A DNA stretch of 32,000 nucleotides from Edaphobacter aggregans (GTDB taxonomy: Bacteria; Acidobacteriota; Terriglobia; Terriglobales; Acidobacteriaceae): NCBI RefSeq assembly GCF_003945235.1, contig NZ_RSDW01000001.1, positions 690,001 to 722,000 on the forward strand, in the 5' to 3' direction. The first letter of the stretch is position 1. Each line of letters begins with the position of its first letter. The notes under the pieces were generated by a model. That model did no database searches and was not told where the DNA came from. It saw nothing but the letters and a program-made list of their open reading frames with translations. The position numbers were made by a program, and so were the translations under genes. Below, one piece after another: positions 25,956 through 32,000 of this stretch.

Positions 25956-27398
25956 TTAGTGCGCCCAATCGTACCCTTCTTCGCCGTGTTGCGACAGGTC
26001 CAGACCTTCGCGCTCATCTTCCTCACTCACCCTAAGGCCAATCGTCTTATCTACCACGAACAAAATCACCAATGTACCTACAATAGAAAGGCCCCACGCA
26101 ATCGCCACGCCACAGGCCTGATTCAGCACCTGATGCGCGTTGCCCTCAAGCAGTCCAGTCGCCTTCCCTGCCCCAAAGATCGGATTGATTGCGCTGTTGG
26201 CGAACACGCCCGTCAGCAACGCTCCCAGCGTCCCGCCCGCACCATGCACGCCAAACGCATCCAGCGAGTCGTCATACCCGAACCACGCCTTCACCTTCAC
26301 GACCATCAGATAACAGAACACACCGGCAAACAGCCCAATCCAAAGAGCCGAGATCGGCGTCACAAAACCAGCCGCCGGAGTAATCGCGACCAACCCGGCC
26401 ACCGCGCCCGAGATCGCTCCCAGCGCCGAAACCTTACCCTGCCGGATCCACTCCGCGCCGCTCCATCCAATCGTCGCCGCAGCCGCGCCAAAGTGCGTCG
26501 CCACGAAAGCCGAGGTCGCCAGCGTTCCAGCAGCAAGCGCCGACCCGGCATTGAACCCGAACCAGCCCACCCACAGCAAACAAGCCCCAATAAAGCTCAA
26601 TACCACCGAGTGCGGAGGCATCGGCACCTTCGGATACCCCAGCCTCTTGCCCAGATACAGCGCCGTCACCAGCGCCGACACACCCGAAGTCACATGCACA
26701 ACCGTCCCGCCCGCAAAGTCCAGGCAAGGAATCCGCCCACCCAGCGAAGCATTCAACAGTCCACCCTTGCCCCAGACCATGTGCGCCATAGGGCTGTACA
26801 CCATCAACGCCCACAGGATCATGAACACCAGCATCGCCGAAAACTTCATCCGTTCTGCAAACGCGCCCGTAATCAATGCCGGCGTAATAATCGCAAACAT
26901 CAGCTGATACACCATGAACGTCTGTAGCGGAATCGTCGCCGCATACTTCACATCCGGAGCCAGCCCCACTCCATGCAGCAGCACATTATGCAGCCCACCA
27001 ATAAACCAGCTACCCTCGCCAAACGCTAGCGAGTACGTCACCAGCGCCCACAGCACCGTAATCACGGCCATCATGGCGAAGGTCTGCATCATCGTTCCCA
27101 AAATGTTTTTCTTCCGTACCAATCCGCCGTAAAACAGCGCCAGCCCCGGCCCGCTCATCATCAGCACCAGCGCCGCCGAAACCAGCATCCACGCGTTGTC
27201 CCCGGAGGTCTGCGCCGCGGCAATCGCCGTAGCATTATCGGCAGCCTGCTTCTCCAGAGCCGCAATCCGGTCCGGCTGCGTCGCACCCGACTGAGGCGCA
27301 GTCGCCTGCGCCACCGCCACCGGTCCACTCACGACCGCTCCGCCAAAGATCAGCGCCAACACCAGAACCAGAAACACCTTCACTGCTGAAAAACGCAT
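25956..27398 (-). CDS. amtB: Ammonium transporter (Amt family)
   Basis: 480 aa with a signal peptide, 11 TM segments and Amt signatures DFAGGTVVHVTSG and FGVHGAGGTLGALLTG. Confidence 0.95.
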   Translation of the reverse strand: MRFSAVKVFLVLVLALIFGGAVVSGPVAVAQATAPQSGATQPDRIAALEKQAADNATAIAAAQTSGDNAWMLVSAALVLMMSGPGLALFYGGLVRKKNILGTMMQTFAMMAVITVLWALVTYSLAFGEGSWFIGGLHNVLLHGVGLAPDVKYAATIPLQTFMVYQLMFAIITPALITGAFAERMKFSAMLVFMILWALMVYSPMAHMVWGKGGLLNASLGGRIPCLDFAGGTVVHVTSGVSALVTALYLGKRLGYPKVPMPPHSVVLSFIGACLLWVGWFGFNAGSALAAGTLATSAFVATHFGAAAATIGWSGAEWIRQGKVSALGAISGAVAGLVAITPAAGFVTPISALWIGLFAGVFCYLMVVKVKAWFGYDDSLDAFGVHGAGGTLGALLTGVFANSAINPIFGAGKATGLLEGNAHQVLNQACGVAIAWGLSIVGTLVILFVVDKTIGLRVSEEDEREGLDLSQHGEEGYDWAH

Positions 27399-27630
27399 GG
27401 TTCAATCACCCGTTTCAAAGTTAGTAGTTATAAAAACTTGTAGGTAATGACAAAAAGAGAAGATACTTCGGCGATCCCGCAAACTCGCGGTCTACGACGA
27501 TTTGACTTCAGGAAAACGCGGGAGCGAGGCTTTACATACCCCGATGCGCTTAATCTACACAAGGTAGCGCACAACACAAAGCAAGAAATTAACATTCACT
27601 TCAAACCACACATGCGAAAGGCTCCCGCCC

Positions 27631-27987
27631 ATGTCCGCACCCACCCTCTATAGCTGGTCCGACGTCGAAACCGAACAGCTCAACCCCCTCCTCCAACGCC
27701 AGTTCGTCACCGGGGATCAGTCCATGTTCGCCCGCATCCTCCTCAAAAAGGGCTGCATCGTCCCCCGTCACTCCCACCCCAACGAGCAGATCACCTTTAT
27801 CATCGAAGGCGCCCTCCGCTTCGACTTCGACGATGGCACCTCCCACACAGTCCACGCTGGCGAAGTGCTCGTCATCCCTGCCGACGTCCCCCACTCCGCC
27901 ACCGCTATCGTCGATTGCGTCGACTTCGACGTCTTCACCCCACCCCGCCAGGACTGGATCAACAAAGACGACGCCTACCTCCGCTAA
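27631..27987 (+). CDS. Cupin domain-containing protein
   Basis: 118 aa with the cupin_2 motifs HSHPNEQITFIIEG and GEVLVIPADVPH. Divergent from amtB. Confidence 0.8.
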   Translation: MSAPTLYSWSDVETEQLNPLLQRQFVTGDQSMFARILLKKGCIVPRHSHPNEQITFIIEGALRFDFDDGTSHTVHAGEVLVIPADVPHSATAIVDCVDFDVFTPPRQDWINKDDAYLR

Positions 27988-28041
27988 AACAACCACTCCT
28001 CTAAATGAGCAGCGTTGAAAGTTGAAGTATTGTCATTCTGA

Positions 28042-28167
28042 GCGCAGCGAAGAACCCCCGCATTTTGCTCGCTGCGCCACAGCATCCCAGATCGTCACAA
28101 ATCCGGTTGCCCGATCTTCGCGACGGCTTCATCGTCGCTAAGATCGGGCATTCGTGCAAAGCACGAA
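28042..28167. repeat. Intergenic triple-hairpin element (REP/MITE-like) between convergent genes
   Basis: Three consecutive stem-loops. (1) GCGCAGCGA 28042-28050 / TCGCTGCGC 28069-28077. (2) TGCCCGATCTT 28108-28118 / AAGATCGGGCA 28140-28150, with an inner GCGACG/CGTCGC stem. (3) TTCGTGC 28151-28157 / GCACGAA 28161-28167. The leader TGTCATTCTGAGCGCAGCGAAGAA resembles a dispersed repeat I recall from soil-bacterial genomes. Confidence 0.5.
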
Positions 28168-28171
28168 CCGC

Positions 28172-28450
28172 CTACCCCCGCCCCAGCATCTCCCCCACGA
28201 TCCCTTCCCACTCCACCCTCAAATCCCCACGAGCCACCTCCCGTCCAGCCTGCCGATACCAATAAGCCGCATTCCCCAAATCCCCCTCCTTGCGATGCAG
28301 ATACGCATGCACCCACGCTCCATCCGCACCCGAAACATCCTGCGCAACCTCATGCGCTCGTTCCCAATCCCCCTTCGCATCCCACCAAAGCGCCAACAAA
28401 GCACCCTCAAACTTCCCGGCCGCCGCCTTCTCAAACTCCATCACAGTCAT
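28172..28450 (-). CDS. Conserved hypothetical protein (92 aa)
   Basis: A strong SD (AAGGAGGA) lies 6 nt upstream and overlaps the esterase stop codon. The sequence (..ALWWDAKGDWERAHEVAQD..GAWVHAYLHRKEGDLGNAAYWYRQAGR..) matches a widespread uncharacterised small-protein family, from memory. Confidence 0.7.
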   Translation of the reverse strand: MTVMEFEKAAAGKFEGALLALWWDAKGDWERAHEVAQDVSGADGAWVHAYLHRKEGDLGNAAYWYRQAGREVARGDLRVEWEGIVGEMLGRG

Positions 28451-28465
28451 CAGTCATCCTCCTTA

Positions 28466-29380
28466 TTACGCAGCGGCCATATACCCTCGCTCCCGCATCC
28501 ACTTCGCTACCAAATCCGGCCATACGCTCAATTGAGGATTCGCCGCCGCCAACCCCACCCCATGCGCCCCATGCTGAAAGATATGCATCTCCGCCGAAAC
28601 CCCAGCCTTCACCATCCCCTCATAAAACATCACGCTATTCATCACCGGAACCGTCTGATCATCCGTCGTCGAAAACAAAAACGTAGGAGGCGTGTCCGTC
28701 GTCACCCGAGTCTCAGCCGACAGCGACCGCACCAGTGCCGGATCAGGATCATCCCCTAACAAATTCTTCAGCGAACCATGATGCACATACGGCTCCATCA
28801 TCGTAATCACCGGATAAGCCAGCACCAGAAAGTCCGGCCGACTCCCCTGCCGCTCCACCACATCCGCTGAATCCGCCTTTCCCCAATCGAACTGCGTCCC
28901 CGCCGTAGCCGTCAGATGCCCGCCCGCAGAGAATCCCCACATCCCCACATGGTCCGCCGCAATCCCATACTCCGCCGCATGAGCCCGCACCATCCGGATG
29001 GCCCGCTGCGCATCCCACATCTCCACCGGATGGTGGTACTTCGGCCCCAGCCGATACTTCAACACAAACGCCGCCACCCCTCGAGCATTCAACCACTCCG
29101 CAAACGCGTACCCTTCCTTCTCCATCGCCAGATGCTGATATCCACCCCCCGGAGCCACCACCACCCCCGTCTTCGTCGCATTCACGCCCGCCGGTAAAAA
29201 CACCGTCAGCGTAGGCTTATCCTCATCCGCATCCCCCAAAGCCCCCGGAGCACCCGCAGGCCACAACAAAACCACCGGCTTCCCTGCAGGCGCTGGCGCC
29301 GTCCCAACAACCTCCTGCCCACGCACCACACCCACACCCAACACCGCCATCACCAAGCCACAAGCAATCCACATCCTCAT
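28466..29380 (-). CDS. Secreted alpha/beta hydrolase (esterase/lipase-like)
   Basis: It has the nucleophile elbow GFSAGGHL, an oxyanion region VVAPGGGY and a C-terminal HGAHG. The start was set to the ATG at 29380, which has AAGGAGGG 6 nt upstream (the track start at 29386 is a TTG). The signal peptide is MRMWIACGLVMAVLGVGVVRG. Confidence 0.8.
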   Translation of the reverse strand: MRMWIACGLVMAVLGVGVVRGQEVVGTAPAPAGKPVVLLWPAGAPGALGDADEDKPTLTVFLPAGVNATKTGVVVAPGGGYQHLAMEKEGYAFAEWLNARGVAAFVLKYRLGPKYHHPVEMWDAQRAIRMVRAHAAEYGIAADHVGMWGFSAGGHLTATAGTQFDWGKADSADVVERQGSRPDFLVLAYPVITMMEPYVHHGSLKNLLGDDPDPALVRSLSAETRVTTDTPPTFLFSTTDDQTVPVMNSVMFYEGMVKAGVSAEMHIFQHGAHGVGLAAANPQLSVWPDLVAKWMRERGYMAAA

Positions 29381-29525
29381 CCTCAACCCTCCTTGGCCAT
29401 ACTAAGACCTAGCCGCCAATAACGACCTCAATTCCCCCCTGAACAACTCCTTCGACTTCCCACCCCACATCTCGTACGCTTGCAAAAGTTCGACGAGCCA
29501 CGCATCACAGGAGTCTCCCCATTCC

Positions 29526-30125
29526 ATGAAGCACCTGGTCCAGAAGCAGCTAGCCCAATCCATCGCCACCATGCAGGCCACACTCGCCGATCTCCACATA
29601 GCCGACACTATCGCTACCATCGCCGAACTCACCGCCAACGCCATGCAAGCCGGCCGCAAGCTCCTCGTCGCCGGCAACGGAGGCTCTGCTGCCGACGCCC
29701 AGCATCTCGTCGCCGAGTTCGTCGTCCGCCTCGTCGGCAACCGCCCCGCCCTCCGCGCCATCGCCCTCACCACTGACTCCTCCATCCTCACCGCCTGCGG
29801 CAACGACTTCGGCTTCGACCAGATCTTCTCCCGCCAGATCGAATCCCTCGGCGCCCCCGGCGACGTCTTCCTCGGCATCTCCACCTCCGGCAACTCCCCC
29901 AACATCCTCCGCGCCCTCGAACAAGCCCGCGAGATGGACATCACCACCATCGGATTCACCGGCAACGGCGGCGGCCAGATGCGCGACCTCTGCGACTACA
30001 ACGTCATCATCCCCTCCGCCACCACCATGAACATCCAGGAGTGCCACCTCGCCCTCGAGCACATCTTCTGCATGCTCGTCGAGTGCCACTACTTCGCAGA
30101 AGTCTCCAGCTACGCCGCGAAATAG
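29526..30125 (+). CDS. gmhA: D-sedoheptulose-7-phosphate isomerase (SIS domain, GmhA/DiaA family)
   Basis: 199 aa with KLLVAGNGGSAADAQHLVAEF, ISTSGNSPNILRALEQAR, TIGFTGNGGG and QECHLALEH, characteristic of GmhA. Confidence 0.85.
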   Translation: MKHLVQKQLAQSIATMQATLADLHIADTIATIAELTANAMQAGRKLLVAGNGGSAADAQHLVAEFVVRLVGNRPALRAIALTTDSSILTACGNDFGFDQIFSRQIESLGAPGDVFLGISTSGNSPNILRALEQAREMDITTIGFTGNGGGQMRDLCDYNVIIPSATTMNIQECHLALEHIFCMLVECHYFAEVSSYAAK

Positions 30126-30193
30126 CTATTCCCTTCGAACAACGGCAGTCCGTCGCTTATATTCAATTCATCCGAATCTCAAGAGGTCTATCC

Positions 30194-31879
30194 ATGTTCT
30201 TGCCCTGGCGTAGTCATCGTTCATCGTTCGTCTTGCTAACGGTGGCAGCAATCTCAACCTCCTTTTCTCCCTTCACCATCGCGCAGGACAAGCCTGACGA
30301 GAAGCCCGTCTCCACCGCTTCCGCCGCCCCGGCTCACGCCGCCACCACACCCGACTCCATCACCGAAGGCACCGTCACCGTAGGGGGACAACCCATCGCC
30401 TACCGCGCCATCGCCGGCACCCTCACCGTCGGCGGCACCGACCCACAGGACGCCACCCTCGGCTTCGACGGCAAGCCGCTCCCCGACTCCGGCGTCAAGC
30501 TACCCGAGAAGGCAGAAGACGCCCCTCCGACCGCGCGCATGTTCTACGTCGCGTACCTCAAAAAGGATGCCCCCGCCGGCCAGCGCCCCATCACCTTCAT
30601 CTACAACGGAGGCCCCGGCTCACCCACCATGTGGCTGCACATGGGAACCTTCGGCCCCAAACGCATCGTCACCCCCGACACCCAGCACCAGGAAGGCGCC
30701 CCCTACTCCATCGTCAACAATGAGGACTCCCTGCTCGACGTCAGCGACGTAGTCTTCATCGACGCTCCCGGCACCGGCCTCAGCCGCACCTTCGGCAAGA
30801 ACAAGTCCGAGGCCTTCTACGGCGTCGACGCCGACGGCCACGCCTTCGAGCGCTTCATCCGCCGCTTCCTCTCCAAATACGACCGCTGGAACTCCCCCAA
30901 GTACCTCTTCGGCGAAAGCTACGGAACCCCACGCTCCGCCGTTCTGGCCGCTGATCTTCGCAGCGTCGATCTCAACGGCATCATCCTGCTCTCGCAGATC
31001 CTCAGCTTCGACAACAGCGTCGACGGCCCCACCGCGAACCCCGGGGTCGATCAGGCTTACGCGCTCGCACTTCCCACCTTCGCCGCCACGGCCTGGTATC
31101 ACCACAAACTGCCCAACCAGCCCCCAGCCCTCAAGCCCTTCCTCGCCGAAGTTGAAAAGTACGCCCTCGGTGACTACATGACCGCCCTGCTCCAGGGCAG
31201 CGACCTCACCGACGCCCAGCGTCAGGCCGTAGCCGAAAAGCTTCACAGCTACACCGGCCTCCCCGTCGACTACCTTCTCCGCGCCGACCTCCGCGTCACT
31301 GGCGGCGAATTCTCCAAAGAGCTCAAGCTCGACGAAGGCATGACCACTGGCCGTCTCGACTCCCGCTATCAGGGTCCCGACGCCGATCCCATGGGCGCAA
31401 CCTCCGGCTACGATCCCCAGAGCGACGCCATCACCTCCGCCTGGAACACCGCCATCAACCAGTACCTGCATGACGACCTCAAGTACGCCACCCAGGCGAC
31501 CTACCTCCTGTCCGGGCGCCAGGGCGGCGAGTTCTCCTGGAACATGACCCACACGCCCCCAGGCCGCGGCTTCGGTGGCGGCGGATCCGCACCCGGAACC
31601 GTCGAGACCGGCGCCAACGTCATGCCCGACCTCGCCTACCGCATGAAGATGAACCCGAAGATGAAGGTCATGCTAGCCGGCGGCTACTACGACCTTGCCA
31701 CTCCCTACTTCGAGGGCATCTACGAGATGCACCATCTCCCCATGCCCCGCGGACTGCAATCCAACATCAGCTATCACTACTACGAAGCCGGACACATGAT
31801 CTACGTCAGAGAGGACATCCTCAAACAGTTCCACACCGACGTAGCCGCCTTCATCAAATCCACCGAAAACGGCAAATAA
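30194..31879 (+). CDS. Secreted serine carboxypeptidase, peptidase family S10
   Basis: The start was set to the ATG at 30194, with AAGAGG 7 nt upstream. The upstream part of the track ORF overlaps gmhA. It has a signal peptide, NGGPGSPTMWLHMG, the catalytic-Ser motif GESYGT, and a C-terminal YEAGHMIY (catalytic His). Confidence 0.85.
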   Translation: MFLPWRSHRSSFVLLTVAAISTSFSPFTIAQDKPDEKPVSTASAAPAHAATTPDSITEGTVTVGGQPIAYRAIAGTLTVGGTDPQDATLGFDGKPLPDSGVKLPEKAEDAPPTARMFYVAYLKKDAPAGQRPITFIYNGGPGSPTMWLHMGTFGPKRIVTPDTQHQEGAPYSIVNNEDSLLDVSDVVFIDAPGTGLSRTFGKNKSEAFYGVDADGHAFERFIRRFLSKYDRWNSPKYLFGESYGTPRSAVLAADLRSVDLNGIILLSQILSFDNSVDGPTANPGVDQAYALALPTFAATAWYHHKLPNQPPALKPFLAEVEKYALGDYMTALLQGSDLTDAQRQAVAEKLHSYTGLPVDYLLRADLRVTGGEFSKELKLDEGMTTGRLDSRYQGPDADPMGATSGYDPQSDAITSAWNTAINQYLHDDLKYATQATYLLSGRQGGEFSWNMTHTPPGRGFGGGGSAPGTVETGANVMPDLAYRMKMNPKMKVMLAGGYYDLATPYFEGIYEMHHLPMPRGLQSNISYHYYEAGHMIYVREDILKQFHTDVAAFIKSTENGK

Positions 31880-31901
31880 ACCAACGCACCAGAAACACAG
31901 A

Positions 31902-31934
31902 GGCCGGGCACATCAAGTGTCCGGCCTTTTCATT
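31902..31934 (+). terminator. Intrinsic terminator after the S10 peptidase gene
   Basis: 10-bp stem GGCCGGGCAC (31902-31911) / GTGTCCGGCC (31917-31926, one G-U pair) with a 5-nt loop, followed by TTTTCATT. Confidence 0.7.
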
Positions 31935-32000
31935 CCTCCAAATCCCTCTTCAATCGCCCCAACAACTCCACCGAAGGCCGAGCGAACCGGCTGATCCACC

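Noticed and set aside
27399-27630. Sigma-54 promoter / NtrC enhancer sites upstream of amtB, and a 6-bp inverted repeat TGCGCT-N15-AGCGCA (27545-27571)
   Set aside because: No TGGCAC-N5-TTGC element is present on either strand. A 6-bp inverted repeat in about 230 bp is expected by chance, so it is not reported as a feature.
31913-32000. Open minus-strand frame entering from the right edge (..VDQPVRSAFGGVVGAIEEGFGGMKRPDT*), with its stop inside the terminator hairpin
   Set aside because: Only 29 codons are visible and no motif is present. It may be the 3' end of a convergent gene, but that cannot be supported from this window.

Overview
GC-rich bacterial chromosomal segment. The gene content (PEP-CTERM protein, futalosine-pathway radical-SAM enzyme, BON/PQ-rich protein, OmpA with Ig-like repeats, Asp-box propeller) suggests Acidobacteriota/Terriglobia; that assignment is inference only. 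Most of the window is ordinary core metabolism and envelope. It holds an RND efflux operon (adaptor, pump, NodT lipoprotein), gnd-zwf, a SAM methyltransferase, an initiator tRNA-Met, a BON-domain protein and an amidohydrolase divergent from a sugar-porter MFS. It also holds a PEP-CTERM protein, an MqnE/MqnC-family enzyme, an Asp-box beta-propeller protein, an OmpA-family protein and a stand-alone nuoB. A nitrogen-sensing cluster runs amtB-glnK-glnD plus a coupled secreted hypothetical. The right end carries a cupin, an esterase plus 92-aa gene pair, gmhA and an S10 serine carboxypeptidase. The most unusual content is two paralogous, unannotated 30-codon genes (14153-14245 and 15467-15559, minus strand) that flank the PEP-CTERM gene. 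They encode single-helix hydrophobic peptides. Each has its own Shine-Dalgarno (SD) site, a conserved 5' hairpin/leader and a homologous intrinsic terminator. They differ mostly by synonymous substitutions and sit in unusually long non-coding DNA enriched for a TTGCGAA motif. Many long ORFs in the supplied track are antisense shadow ORFs of real genes and were rejected. No CRISPR array, rRNA, transposase or integrase was seen.
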